The position numbers were made by a program, and so were the translations under genes. The notes beneath the pieces were generated by a model. That model saw nothing but the letters and a program-made list of their open reading frames with translations. It was not told the DNA's origin and did no database searches. Shown one piece after another: positions 1 to 10,108 of a DNA stretch of 64,000 bases (its first letter is position 1; every line of letters starts with the position of its first letter). Origin of the DNA: Gammaproteobacteria bacterium (lineage in GTDB: Bacteria; Pseudomonadota; Gammaproteobacteria; Arenicellales; Poriferihabitantaceae); contig JAHEGU010000001.1 of assembly GCA_024644945.1 (NCBI GenBank), forward strand, positions 89,937-153,936. The letters run 5' to 3'.

Positions 1-87
1 AAGCGGCGGAATGCCGGGATGATCTTTCGCGAAATGGAATTCGATTTTTAGGGAGCGGTGAGACTGGACAAAACGTAACTAAAATAA

Positions 88-105
88 CTAAAGGGGTCGG
101 AGTGG
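88..105 (+). repeat. Short intergenic repeat, family B (TAAAGGGGTCGGAGTG box)
   Basis: The sequence is ctaaaggggtcggagtgg. The 17-mer aactaaaggggtcggag at 86-102 is identical to 2727-2743. Related copies lie at 22346-22378 and 43090-43109 (reverse). Confidence 0.6.
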
Positions 106-174
106 AGTGTAGAGACTTCCACCAAGATCGGGATCAGAGCATTAATGTTTAGTTAATGGATTGCATGATAAGAA

Positions 175-194
175 CTTGGGGTCAGAAAAAAATT
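175..194 (+). repeat. Short intergenic repeat, family C (TTGGGRTCAGAG..AAAA)
   Basis: The sequence is cttggggtcagaaaaaaatt. Similar copies lie at 7141-7162, 20057-20072, 25922-25944 and 50189-50207. Confidence 0.45.
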
Positions 195-259
195 ATCCGT
201 TGTTAAGATAATATGCGGTTAGTTTTTACTCTGGCCCTTAACTTTAAAAAGAACAGAAA

Positions 260-1231
260 ATGTCTCAACCAGCCTTAGAGATCATTCTCCATAACTATCC
301 GCAATCACCGGTCGCCGAAAAAGTGAGAATTGCACTCGGTATCAAAGGGATCTCTTGGCGCAATGTCGAGATACCACGTCTGCCGCCGAAACCAATGCTA
401 ACGGCTCTCACCGGGGGTTATCGACGCACGCCAGTGATGCAGATCGGCGCAGACATCTATTGCGACAGCCAGTGCATCATTCGCGAAATTGAGCGGCGCT
501 ATCCATCACCGTCTTTTATGCCTGGCGCCTACCCAGGCCTGATGTGGTGCCTCAGCCGATGGACGGACGGCGTCCTATTCGATCTGGCGGTGAAAATTGT
601 GCTTGGCTCGGCAGGCGACGGGCTACCAAAAGACTTTGCGGAAGATCGAGGGCGCCTATATCTGGGCAAAGACTGGGCGGACGGACTCAGACACGCCAAT
701 GCAGAACTTCCCCATCTCGTTGCGCAGTTGCGCGCTCCGTTGGCATGGCTAAATCGCCAGCTCAGTGACGGGCGCACATTTTTACTCGGGACAGCGCCGG
801 CTGCGATTGATGCGCAGATTTACCACGTCGTTTGGTTCGTGCGAGGGCGTTGGGACGGTGGACCGTCTCTGTTTTCAGAATTCCCAGAACTTGTGCGGTG
901 GGAGGATAATGTCCGCGCAATAGGACATGGAAAGCCAAGCGATATGAGCCCGGAAGACGCCATCACACGTGCTCATATTCTGGAGCCTGCCATGGAGACC
1001 GGTGTGGCGGAGAATGATCCGCAAGGTTTAAAGGTGGGTACTTCGGTGACCGTTAATCCTGACGTTGACGGCGGGGAGCAACCAGTCGAAGGTAAAGTGC
1101 GCAAAGCGGATGCGGAAACGATCGCGATCGATCGCTTTTCACAGGAAATAGGAACCGCTTGTGTTCATTTTCCACGAGCTGGCTATCGAATTGAGATTAG
1201 AAAAGGTCGGAGAGTTTTGGGATCAGCTTAA
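260..1231 (+). CDS. Glutathione S-transferase family protein with an extra C-terminal beta-rich tail
   Basis: The 323-aa ORF has an N-terminal thioredoxin-like GST fold (NYPQSPVAEKVRIALGIKGISW...RRTPVMQIGADIYCDSQCI). A helical GST_C-like middle follows, then about 80 additional C-terminal residues. Confidence 0.7.
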   Translation: MSQPALEIILHNYPQSPVAEKVRIALGIKGISWRNVEIPRLPPKPMLTALTGGYRRTPVMQIGADIYCDSQCIIREIERRYPSPSFMPGAYPGLMWCLSRWTDGVLFDLAVKIVLGSAGDGLPKDFAEDRGRLYLGKDWADGLRHANAELPHLVAQLRAPLAWLNRQLSDGRTFLLGTAPAAIDAQIYHVVWFVRGRWDGGPSLFSEFPELVRWEDNVRAIGHGKPSDMSPEDAITRAHILEPAMETGVAENDPQGLKVGTSVTVNPDVDGGEQPVEGKVRKADAETIAIDRFSQEIGTACVHFPRAGYRIEIRKGRRVLGSA

Positions 1232-1448
1232 TAACTAACTCTTATTGATGAATTCTGTCGTAACACAAAAGCTCCTGCTCCGACCCTAGTCACGATCGCT
1301 TTTCCTTGTAGGCAAGGTAGAGGGCCGGTACCAGAAACAATATTACCAGCCAGACGCGGACCCCGTGCCGTTCTGAAAAAAGTAACATGCTCCGTCCCAT
1401 TTGGAGAAGTTTGGGGTGAGCGTAAAAATTTAGACAGCTATTGCCGAA

Positions 1449-1472
1449 GGAAAAACCTGGACTGATCTAATT
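1449..1472 (+). repeat. Short intergenic repeat, family A (GAAAACCRGGRCAGATnTATTT), degenerate copy
   Basis: The sequence is ggaaaaacctggactgatctaatt, directly followed by cccaaaggggtccc. Confidence 0.4.
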
Positions 1473-2039
1473 GTCCCAAAGGGGTCCCTAGGGAAATGGT
1501 AAAGGTAAATGCGGAATTAAAGAACGATCCTTCTATCACCTGCAACCCGATACGATGGCGAACGAGATGTTCGACTTCCTCGACGAAGAACGTTGCTCTG
1601 ACATAATTGATCGCATGAAAAATGCCGATATTCCCCGAGGCATGTGAGATCCAAAGACCTTCTCATCGGCAGGTGAGATCGATCCGAATCGTCAAGACCG
1701 ATGGCAACACTGGCCGCAACCGCTTTTGAACCAACTGAATAGATTAGATAACCCAACTCTGCAGCGTCTGGGCTATCCTCCAGCAGAGATATATTGGACT
1801 CCGGTTTCTTAAAAAATATACCTGTTGCGATAAATACCCTCCCTTTTGAGAAAAACCGAAAAAGATCGGAGTCGAAAAAAGCTCGGGCTCAGACTGGGAA
1901 GCAGTATAATAGAGCGGCTAATCAGAGATCAGCTCAACACTTGAAGTTGGTGTAGCTCAGGTTTTGTCCGCCAGCATTATTTTATTGATATGCGATGTTT
2001 GTATGTTTGATACGTAACCACTCTTTATAATGATTTGGA

Positions 2040-2720
2040 ATGAAAATGAAAAATAAAATTGCAGCGCTGCTTCTATTCACCATTACGTTTGTTTCCCTGC
2101 CTTGCCTAGCTGACGATGCTTTAAAAGCCCGCGAGGTAGTTGAAAAGGCGAATCTTTCTGTTAAGAACTTCACCGCCGACCCTAATATGTCGTATCTACG
2201 AGAAAATATAGGTGATGCACAGGGTTTATTCGTTATTCCTGCCATGGTCAAGGGAGCTTTTATCATAGGTGGGTCCGGTGGCACCGGTGTATTGCTTGCG
2301 AAAGGGGATCAGGATCAATGGAGTAGCCCCGCATTCTATACAATGGGCTCCGGGAGCATCGGCTTTCAATGGGGCGGCGAGGTGTCAGAAATAATTTTGA
2401 TGGTGATGACGCAAAATGGAATGGATCATCTATTGAGCTCGTCATTCAAGCTAGGTGCTGATGCCAGCGTAGCGGCCGGTCCGGTAGGGGCAGGTACTAA
2501 AGCACAAACGGCGGATATTCTTGCATATTCCAGGAGCAAGGGAGTGTTTGCTGGCGTCAGTTTAGAGGGCGCAGTGGTGAAGGTGCGGCCAAAGTATAAC
2601 TCGGCGTACTATCTTAAGGAGGTTCGTCCAGTGGATATTCTAGTCGCTCAGAACATTAGCAGCCCGCACGCGGATGAACTTCGAAACTCAGTGGCTGCCT
2701 TGGTCGCGGCAGGAAACTAG
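2040..2720 (+). CDS. SYLF (Ysc84/DUF500) lipid-binding domain protein, secreted
   Basis: The 226-aa ORF has an N-terminal signal peptide (KIAALLLFTITFVSLPCLA). It carries the SYLF signature GGSGGTGVLLAKG...WSSPAFYTMGSGSIGFQWGGE. Confidence 0.75.
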   Translation: MKMKNKIAALLLFTITFVSLPCLADDALKAREVVEKANLSVKNFTADPNMSYLRENIGDAQGLFVIPAMVKGAFIIGGSGGTGVLLAKGDQDQWSSPAFYTMGSGSIGFQWGGEVSEIILMVMTQNGMDHLLSSSFKLGADASVAAGPVGAGTKAQTADILAYSRSKGVFAGVSLEGAVVKVRPKYNSAYYLKEVRPVDILVAQNISSPHADELRNSVAALVAAGN

Positions 2721-2728
2721 AACTAGAA

Positions 2729-2806
2729 CTAAAGGGGTCGGAGGAATTTAAGGGATCGGAGTGATTTTTCATTCTTTTTTCTCTTTAATCACTCCCAACT
2801 TTTTTT
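2729..2806 (+). terminator. Family B repeat units forming a hairpin plus T-run; possible intrinsic terminator of the SYLF gene
   Basis: The units are ctaaaggggtcggagg (2729-2744) and gggatcggagtgatt. ggagtgatt (2758-2766) pairs with aatcactcc (2787-2795) and is followed by T7 at 2800-2806. The loop is long, about 20 nt. Confidence 0.4.
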
Positions 2807-3027
2807 GCCATGGTTGAGAAACAGGGACCCGATTCCGCCTAAATAAACTGCCAATCATAAACCCGCGCTTTAGGCCGGCTAGCGGGTTCCCTAGATGAGG
2901 CCGGCTACATTGGGTTGCCGGCACACCGAACGTTACAAGACCGGTGTCAGAGGGCCTGTTAGGGAGTCAGCGGATTAGTGTTCAGCACTAGGGTTTTGTC
3001 ATAGGCAAGAGAAAGGTTTCTGTGCCG

Positions 3028-6000
3028 CTAGCTTTTTTGGGCTCGGATTAATTTACCGCCAAGGGCGTGCAGATCATCCGTTGCTGCCAGCAGACAGGGA
3101 ATGAGTATCAGCGTGATTGGTGTGGCAAACAGTATTCCGTAGCCCATGGCAAGTGCCATTGGTGCGGAGAATGGGTCCGAACCGCCCAGTCCATATGCCA
3201 TCGGTAACAGTCCTGCGACGGTTGTGATAGAAGTCAATACGATCGGCCGCAGTCTGGTTTTAGAGGCATTGACTATTCGATCGTGTGCGCTTATCTGTGG
3301 GTGAGTGGTCTTCAGTCGATTAACCAGGTTGACCAGTATCAATGAGTCGTTGACTACGATTCCCGTGAGACCAACAACACCGAGCATGGCGAGAAATCCA
3401 AATGCCTGCTGATGCAGCGCAAAGGCCAGGATCACGCCAACCAGACCAAACGGAATTGCGATCATTACCATCACCGGTTGGGTCAGAGAATCAAACAGAA
3501 GTAACAGCAACAGGTATATGCCTACGGCAGCGGCAATAAATGCGATCGCCAAGCTGCCCATTGATTCTGCAGATTCTTCAGCCTCTCCACCCACCACCAG
3601 GCGCATACCAGGCCAGTCTCGATCAAGGTCGATACTTTCGAGCACCGCGTCAGTGGCGACGAGAGGTGTAACCACATCTTTGGTGACGTCCGCGGTGATA
3701 GTGATCGCACGCTCATTATCAAAGTGGTACACGTTGGAAGGTCCGGCACTACTATTGAATTCAGCCACTTCCTCAAGGCGGATAAAATCACCGCGCGCAT
3801 TAGGGATGACCAGATCAGTCAGGGTGTCGAGAGAACTCCGAGCGGTTTCCTCGAATACAACCCGAAAATTCACATCTTCATCCCCATAACGCACCGACGT
3901 CACCACTTCGCCATCAAACGCGAGCCGTACATTGCGCGCAATATCGGATACCGTCAGCGCCGCGTCAGCGAGACGAATGTAGTCGATATCAATATTGATC
4001 TGTTCTTTGCCTTTTTTATCATCCCGGTCGATATCCTTGACGCCATCGATCGCTTCGAGTCGCTCAAGCGCCAGATCAGCGAGATCCGCACGCCGCTGAT
4101 CGTCACTGCCCACCACGCGAATTGTAATGGGGCGTCCTACGGGTGGTCCGCCGCTGTCGATGACGAAGCTGAGACGCAAGATGTCGTCAGCTTTTTTGCC
4201 GCGCTCACGCAGGTCCTCAACGATTGTATCCGCGTCGCGCTCGCGGGTTGCGAATGGAGTCAGAAACACGCCGAGGTACGCCCAGTGCTCGTTCTCTCCC
4301 GGGAAAAAATCTCCCAGTCCGCCAATGCGCGTGACGTAGGATTCGACTTCACCCTGAGGAAGTGCCTCCACCAGCGCTTCAATCTTGCGCATGGTGTCGG
4401 ACGTGTGGTCCAGCGATGAACCAGTAGGCAGCTCCGCGAGCACATAGAACTTATCTGCCGACTGGGTGGGAAACAGCACAAAATCCATATATCGTCCGGC
4501 GTACCAGAAGGCTGAGACCAGGGCCAAAACCGCGGCAGCAATCACCGCATAACGCCACCTGAGCAGGCGTTCGAGCAATCCACCAAACCAAAGCTTGATC
4601 TTCTCGAAATCGAACCGTTTTGGTTGATTGACCAAATCGGTGTTTTTTTGTTTGACCCCCCAGATCAAGTGTGCCGGGAGCGCGATAATCAGTTCAAAAA
4701 ACGATACCAGCAGTGCCAGTAAAACCACCAGCGGAATCACATAGATAAAATCCCCTAGCGTACCGGTCATGAAAAACATCGGCGCAAAAGCGAGAGCGGT
4801 GGTAAGTAAGGTCGTCACCACCGGCTGAAACACCGTCGACGTGCCTTCCACGGCTGCGTCCAGCGGTGCCATGCCCTGTTCGCGATAACGCCAGATGTTT
4901 TCCGCAACCACGATACCGTCATCGACAATTATGCCGATCACCAGAATCATCGCACCCAGCGCTATGGAATCCAGGTAGGCGCCAAACATCGGTAATAAAA
5001 ATATGGTACCAAGTAATGCGACCGGAATTCCCATTGCCACCCAGATTGCGGAACGCAGATCAAGAAATAAAGCCAGGGTCACTAACACCAGGATCAGACC
5101 TAGGGCGCCATTCGACATCACCACCTGCAGCCGGTTGTTCACATTCTGCGAAACATCGTTGGAATATTCGATACGCACGTTGTCCGGCAGCCGGTGCTGG
5201 TTTTCATCGACGAACGTTTTGATCCGCTCCACGGTACGAATAATGTCAGCGGTTTCTTTTTTGTAGACCAGAAAGGAAATCGCAGATTCGCCATTCATGC
5301 GCGATCGAATTTTTTCCGTCTCGAACGCATCCTTGACGATGGCGAGATCACCGACGCGGACCTGGGTGCCCTCTTCGGTGACATCGACGATCACGTCATT
5401 AACTTCGAGTGGCGTTTCGAACTGGGCCAGGGTGACAATATTCTTCTCGCTGGTATAAGACTCAAACGAGCCGCCGCTGGCACGGATATTCCGATTGGCG
5501 ATGGCGCTCACCACCTTGGCACCCGGAACCTGCCACTTCTCCATTGCGTCCTGCAGCATTTCAATATGTATTTCCCTGTCGAGATAACCATAGCGCCTGA
5601 GCCGCGCAACGCCCGGCAGTTCTTCGAGCGCTTTTTCCGCGCGCCGCGCGTAGTCACGCAGTTCAGCGTAAGGAACATCACCGCTCAAACCCACTTCAAT
5701 GATTGGAATGCCCGTGGCGGTGGTGATTTCCCGCACCTGGGGCTGTTCGTCGACTTCTGGCGGCAGTTCCGCGGTGCGTGAGACCGCGTCACGGACGTCG
5801 GTCTTCACTTTGTCCAGATCCTTGGTATCGAGATCGATCTTGACGTTGACTACCGAGATGTTTTCCATCGAGAAAGAGGTCACCCGTTTAAGCCCGTCAA
5901 CTTCCTTGAGTTCTTCCTCAATTTTGTTGGTGACATTGAGCTCGACATCCTGAGGTGATGCGCCAGGATAGCGCGTGGTGATCACCATTTCAGCCAGGTC

Positions 6001-6123
6001 CACACTCGGAAAATTGTCGCGCTGAATATGCAGCAGGGTGCTTAAACCTAGCAGCACCATCATCAGGGTGAACACATTCGCAAGGGTATGGCGCCGGGCA
6101 AAATAACTGATCAGCGCCTTCAT
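3028..6123 (-). CDS. RND efflux transporter permease (AcrB/CzcA superfamily)
   Basis: The 1031-aa ORF has the typical RND length. Two large periplasmic loops sit between hydrophobic TM bundles. It lies 27 bp downstream of an adaptor-subunit gene. Confidence 0.9.
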   Translation of the reverse strand: MKALISYFARRHTLANVFTLMMVLLGLSTLLHIQRDNFPSVDLAEMVITTRYPGASPQDVELNVTNKIEEELKEVDGLKRVTSFSMENISVVNVKIDLDTKDLDKVKTDVRDAVSRTAELPPEVDEQPQVREITTATGIPIIEVGLSGDVPYAELRDYARRAEKALEELPGVARLRRYGYLDREIHIEMLQDAMEKWQVPGAKVVSAIANRNIRASGGSFESYTSEKNIVTLAQFETPLEVNDVIVDVTEEGTQVRVGDLAIVKDAFETEKIRSRMNGESAISFLVYKKETADIIRTVERIKTFVDENQHRLPDNVRIEYSNDVSQNVNNRLQVVMSNGALGLILVLVTLALFLDLRSAIWVAMGIPVALLGTIFLLPMFGAYLDSIALGAMILVIGIIVDDGIVVAENIWRYREQGMAPLDAAVEGTSTVFQPVVTTLLTTALAFAPMFFMTGTLGDFIYVIPLVVLLALLVSFFELIIALPAHLIWGVKQKNTDLVNQPKRFDFEKIKLWFGGLLERLLRWRYAVIAAAVLALVSAFWYAGRYMDFVLFPTQSADKFYVLAELPTGSSLDHTSDTMRKIEALVEALPQGEVESYVTRIGGLGDFFPGENEHWAYLGVFLTPFATRERDADTIVEDLRERGKKADDILRLSFVIDSGGPPVGRPITIRVVGSDDQRRADLADLALERLEAIDGVKDIDRDDKKGKEQINIDIDYIRLADAALTVSDIARNVRLAFDGEVVTSVRYGDEDVNFRVVFEETARSSLDTLTDLVIPNARGDFIRLEEVAEFNSSAGPSNVYHFDNERAITITADVTKDVVTPLVATDAVLESIDLDRDWPGMRLVVGGEAEESAESMGSLAIAFIAAAVGIYLLLLLLFDSLTQPVMVMIAIPFGLVGVILAFALHQQAFGFLAMLGVVGLTGIVVNDSLILVNLVNRLKTTHPQISAHDRIVNASKTRLRPIVLTSITTVAGLLPMAYGLGGSDPFSAPMALAMGYGILFATPITLILIPCLLAATDDLHALGGKLIRAQKS

Positions 6124-6150
6124 TCTCCGCTACCGGTCTGCGGTCATCGG

Positions 6151-6936
6151 TTACTCGAACACCGCCTTGCCGAACATTCCTGGAAACAGGCCGGGACTGT
6201 CGGGCAGGTCAAGCTCGATGGTGAAGGTGTGACGATCATCGCCACTGGGAATGATTCGAATGACACTGGCATTGATCGGTGCATCACTCAGCGCTGAGAT
6301 GGTGATCATCGCCTCGTCGGCCAATTGAATATGCGCAAGGTCGTCTTCCTTGATTCTTGCACGGAATTTAAGTTTGCTCTGGTCCTGTATATCATAAAGC
6401 GCCTGTCCGGGCTGTGTGACCATGCCCACTTCCGCATACTTCCTGATCACCACTGCATCGAAGGGCGCTTTGATACGGGTTTCCGCCAGGGTTGAACGAA
6501 TAGCTTCGCGTTGCGCCTGGGCCTTTTCTAAATTGGCTTTGGCGACATCCAGACCATAAATCGCCTCATCGATTGCGTCTTGCGAAACCGCATTATTTTG
6601 AGTGAGCCGTTCAAGGCGATCTTTCACGCGCTTGCGATGATCTAGTTCCGCCTTTGCTCGATCCTCGTCGGCTTCCGCTGATCTGAGTTGGGCACGATAC
6701 TCGATATCGTCGATCTCGACGATAGTCATGTCGCGTGTCACCTCGTCACCCTCATCGGCGTGGACCTGCTTGATACGACCAACAATACGGGTGGCAAGCG
6801 TTACACTTCTGTTTGCAATCACCTCCCCAGTAACGATTCGCGGTGAGTCCGCACCATACGCCAGAGCCGTTACTGCAAGAGAGAGAATTGATAAATAGAT
6901 CGGCAGGATGGATAATTTTATTTTTTGCTTTACCAT
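6151..6936 (-). CDS. Efflux RND periplasmic adaptor (membrane fusion protein), short form
   Basis: The 261-aa ORF has an N-terminal anchor (LSILPIYLSILSLAVTALA). It has lipoyl-like and coiled-coil hairpin segments (RAKAELDHRKRVKDRLERL...ANLEKAQAQRE) and sits in an operon position upstream of the RND pump. Confidence 0.8.
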   Translation of the reverse strand: MVKQKIKLSILPIYLSILSLAVTALAYGADSPRIVTGEVIANRSVTLATRIVGRIKQVHADEGDEVTRDMTIVEIDDIEYRAQLRSAEADEDRAKAELDHRKRVKDRLERLTQNNAVSQDAIDEAIYGLDVAKANLEKAQAQREAIRSTLAETRIKAPFDAVVIRKYAEVGMVTQPGQALYDIQDQSKLKFRARIKEDDLAHIQLADEAMITISALSDAPINASVIRIIPSGDDRHTFTIELDLPDSPGLFPGMFGKAVFE

Positions 6937-7140
6937 TTTACTTCTCCATCAGAAAGATCCTCGTGGCAGATCGCGCTCGTGCCGATAGACACTGAATCGT
7001 CAGCAGAGCATCAGGATCGATACGTATTACAATCAGAAACTGGACTCGCCCTATTTAGTACTCTTCTGACATCGTTGCCCATGAGCGAGTCATAAAATTA
7101 TAGGGGATACGTTGTTTGGTTTAAACCAGAAAAGATCAAA

Positions 7141-7162
7141 GTTTGGGATCAGAATAAAAATT
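7141..7162 (+). repeat. Short intergenic repeat, family C
   Basis: The sequence is gtttgggatcagaataaaaatt. It is preceded by ggtttaaaccagaaaagatcaaa, a weak family A-like copy at 7118-7140. Confidence 0.4.
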
Positions 7163-7282
7163 AACTGTTATCGATGTAATTCGGCATGTAAAAAGGTTTC
7201 TACTATGATCCATAATATGTGTATGGGTGGTATCGTTATTTCCTAAAATAGCGACAGCCACACTGACACCGACGCAATCATT

Positions 7283-8185
7283 ATGAAAAATCACACCCCA
7301 GACGATGTTATTCGTTTAAAGCTGGAAATGGACCAAAACGGATTTTGTATCGTCCAAAATCTGATTGACGCGGAGACCATTGCCGAAGTCCGTCGACGGA
7401 TTGAGACCCAGGCGAAAGCGGAGCTGGAACAGGGCGTTACCAAAGTAGATCAGGTCCAGTCGGAAAATGACAAGAACCAATGGGTGTATTTGTTGATTAA
7501 CAAGGGTCCCGTGTTCCAGAAATTGTTGGAAGCGCCCACGGTCCATGAAATTGTTGAACATGTGCTGGGCCCGCACTATTTATTATCTGATTTCGCGGCA
7601 ACGATCACGCATCCTGGCAATAAGCAGATGGGGCTGCATAAAGACCAGTGGTGGTTGCCGGAGCCCCGCATGCCGGGTGAGCCTCACCATCGATGCGGTG
7701 GTATCGATCGAGAAAACGTGATTAAAGGATCTTCGGAGCCATCGACGTTACCGATCAACCCACCGGTGGTCTGTAATGTGCTTTGGATGGTCAGCGATTT
7801 TTCGGTGGAAAATGGTGGGACCCGCATTGTGCCACGCAGTCACTTAAGCGGCACGAATCCCGACCCATTTGGTGACTATGAAACTGTTAACGCTACAGGC
7901 AAAGCAGGCAGTGCGGTAATTTTTGAAGGACGGACCTGGCATTCAGCGGATTTAAATACCAGTAGCGCTCCAAGATATGGCATTACCACCTACTACGGTG
8001 CGCCACAGTTCAGGCAGATGTTGAATTTTACCTACGCTACGCGCCCCGAAGTGCTGGAAGACATTAGTGCAAGCACAGAGTACTTGCTGGGATTCAAACC
8101 TTGGGGCGGATATGGGGCTACAGGCGATCAATCCGCGGAAAAAATTATCAAAGCAGAAGACCAGGTTGGAGTGTTAGGGAAGTAA
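7283..8185 (+). CDS. Phytanoyl-CoA dioxygenase (PhyH) family Fe(II)/2OG oxygenase
   Basis: The 300-aa ORF has an HxD motif in GLHKDQWW and a distal His in GRTWHSAD. The fold and length fit the PhyH family. Confidence 0.75.
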   Translation: MKNHTPDDVIRLKLEMDQNGFCIVQNLIDAETIAEVRRRIETQAKAELEQGVTKVDQVQSENDKNQWVYLLINKGPVFQKLLEAPTVHEIVEHVLGPHYLLSDFAATITHPGNKQMGLHKDQWWLPEPRMPGEPHHRCGGIDRENVIKGSSEPSTLPINPPVVCNVLWMVSDFSVENGGTRIVPRSHLSGTNPDPFGDYETVNATGKAGSAVIFEGRTWHSADLNTSSAPRYGITTYYGAPQFRQMLNFTYATRPEVLEDISASTEYLLGFKPWGGYGATGDQSAEKIIKAEDQVGVLGK

Positions 8186-8221
8186 TGAAATTTTAGTATC
8201 CGCTAACTTTATCCGCGCGTA

Positions 8222-9241
8222 TCAAAGATGTTTCGGCAATCCAAGGGGGCACATACGATAGAGCAACCGGCGATCATGTTCGCTTGCGGCAGCGTCGATG
8301 GGCTGGGCGAAATGCATGGTTGATGAATTGTCCCACATCACCAGGTCGCCTGGCTGATACCTATGCTGGTAACAGAAACGCGCATCCGTCGCGAAAAGTT
8401 TTAGCTTTCGCATAAGTGTGCTCGCGCGTTCAAAATCCATGCCTGGAATATTAAATCCTGACCCTGCGGGTGCATAGAGCGCCTTTCGATTTGTCACTGA
8501 ATGCGTTCGCACAAGAGGACGCTCTACCGGATCGGGCAAATTAAGCTTGGTTTGATCGGTGGTGGGCGTTAGTTCGTGCTCCCAGTCTTCTCTTCCGCCG
8601 AGAATCGGCATTGCCCCGGCATAACAGTGTTCAACGACCAATTCCGATATTTCAGTTTGGGTTTTTGCATCCAGCGCGTCATAGGCGGCTTCCATATCCG
8701 CAAACACGGTCAAACCCATATCGACCGGTGTGTAAATGCTGTAAAGCATAGTAGTGGCATTGGGATCTGGCTCCGCTGCACAATCCGTATGCCAGAATGC
8801 TGCGCCGTTTCGATAACCATCGTCTTTGAACAGCTCTCCGCAGTTGCCCACCATATTCATGTCGGCAAAGCCGGGAACATGCATCTCGCTAAAGCTGTCG
8901 ATTCGCAAACTGTCCGACCAGCTGCGCCCAAATCTAGCGTATTGTTCAGTTGTCAGGTCTTGGTCACGTAACACCAACACCTTGTGCTCCATCAGCGCCT
9001 GAGATAGATCGTGGAGTGTTTGGTCTGATGGGGGCTGAGATAAATCAACTTCATGAATTTCCGCTACGAAGGTTTTAGCAAGCTTGTTCACTGAAGTAAC
9101 ATTCACTAGGCTTTCAATTCTGGATTGCCTTGGATTATACCTTTTACATTTTGAATGTTTTCCAATTGCATGTTTACTCCCTCTTCCCGCTCCGTCACCT
9201 TTTCCGATGTGCCACATCAAATCGTTCAGCGAGCCCATCAA
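8222..9241 (-). CDS. TauD/TfdA family Fe(II)/2OG dioxygenase (start uncertain)
   Basis: The ORF contains WHTDCAAEPDP (HxD) and MWDNSSTMH (distal His). Homology seems to begin near VNVTSVNKLAKTFVAEIHEVDL, so the real start may be the GTG at 9106 or the ATG at 9217 rather than 9241. Confidence 0.75.
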   Translation of the reverse strand: MMGSLNDLMWHIGKGDGAGRGSKHAIGKHSKCKRYNPRQSRIESLVNVTSVNKLAKTFVAEIHEVDLSQPPSDQTLHDLSQALMEHKVLVLRDQDLTTEQYARFGRSWSDSLRIDSFSEMHVPGFADMNMVGNCGELFKDDGYRNGAAFWHTDCAAEPDPNATTMLYSIYTPVDMGLTVFADMEAAYDALDAKTQTEISELVVEHCYAGAMPILGGREDWEHELTPTTDQTKLNLPDPVERPLVRTHSVTNRKALYAPAGSGFNIPGMDFERASTLMRKLKLFATDARFCYQHRYQPGDLVMWDNSSTMHFAQPIDAAASEHDRRLLYRMCPLGLPKHL

Positions 9242-9245
9242 TACT

Positions 9246-9920
9246 TCAGGTTTTAATCAGACGCTGAAGCAGCGATCGATGCCAGATGTATTCAACCAGT
9301 CTCATGCACCAGCGTTCGTAGCCAACCAGTAATGGGCGCAGCCAGCCAGGCCAGCGACTGATATCACGCACAAAAATTCCGGTCTCGTCCAGTGGGAGCA
9401 TGTCTTCGAGCACCTCGGTCTTTGCCAGGACAGCGATGTATTTCTCAGGGATACCGGGCATTTGCCGATAGGCGTCGAGTATATAATCGAGGTATTCCCG
9501 TGTTGGCTTAAGACCGGCAATTACCCGAGTCGCGCGATAGAAAAAAAACTCGAATTGCTCGGTCTGCTCAAAAATCTTGTCATGTGCCCTGAAATACGGC
9601 ACCCCTTCAAAATAATCCATGCGTACCGCATCCCGGGCCAGTATTTGATATATGCGCCCATAGACAATTTCGCCGTCGATGGGGTCGGGCGAGGCGTAAC
9701 CATGATTGCGGTAAAAGCCTGGCTGAGAAAAGCGTAATGCGGCGTTTTCGAGCTGGTAATCGAACACGTCAAATACCTTGATTCGGCGCTGGGCCAGCAC
9801 ATCGGGAGATAAATTGGCACCAAAGGCAAAATAAAATACTTTGTTACCGCTTTGCGGCGATAACGCCCGCAGCAGGTGCGCCCATTCGATGCCTAATTTC
9901 CACAACAATACTCGCAACAT
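9246..9920 (-). CDS. Gamma-glutamylcyclotransferase/AIG2-like fold protein with a C-terminal extension
   Basis: The 224-aa ORF has an N-terminal YFAFGANLSPDVL motif (YGSNL-type). About 90 extra residues at the C-terminus have no function I can assign. Confidence 0.55.
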   Translation of the reverse strand: MLRVLLWKLGIEWAHLLRALSPQSGNKVFYFAFGANLSPDVLAQRRIKVFDVFDYQLENAALRFSQPGFYRNHGYASPDPIDGEIVYGRIYQILARDAVRMDYFEGVPYFRAHDKIFEQTEQFEFFFYRATRVIAGLKPTREYLDYILDAYRQMPGIPEKYIAVLAKTEVLEDMLPLDETGIFVRDISRWPGWLRPLLVGYERWCMRLVEYIWHRSLLQRLIKT

Positions 9921-10108
9921 GGATCAAGTTAGCAGATCAAAAGATCTTTTTGCACAGGACACGCGGTTGATGGCCAGTGCAGCATGATGCCATCCAGGAC
10001 AAAGTGTGCGCATGGTGATAGGTTTAAATGACTGATCAGCGAGCGAAAGAGAAACCGTTGCCTTGATACTCACTAGATGATTAGTAAATCCTGAATTTAT
10101 TGTTTAGG

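Noticed and set aside
1-51. An open frame running from the window edge to the TAG at 49-51 (..KRRNAGMIFREMEFDF*).
   Set aside because: It may be the 3' end of an upstream gene, but 16 residues are too few to support any call.
1232-2039. An 800-bp gap with only weak ORFs: 1517-1756 on the minus strand, a 30-aa plus-strand ORF MANEMFDFLDEERC.., and a 36-aa hydrophobic minus-strand ORF around 1290-1400.
   Set aside because: None has a recognisable motif or convincing start context. They are possibly degraded genes or small proteins, but I cannot support either reading by eye.
3724-5781. Long plus-strand ORFs inside the RND pump gene (3724-4419, 231 aa; 5194-5781, 195 aa; and several shorter ones).
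   Set aside because: They are entirely antisense to a well-supported 1031-aa RND gene. They are low-complexity with no motifs, as is typical of shadow ORFs.
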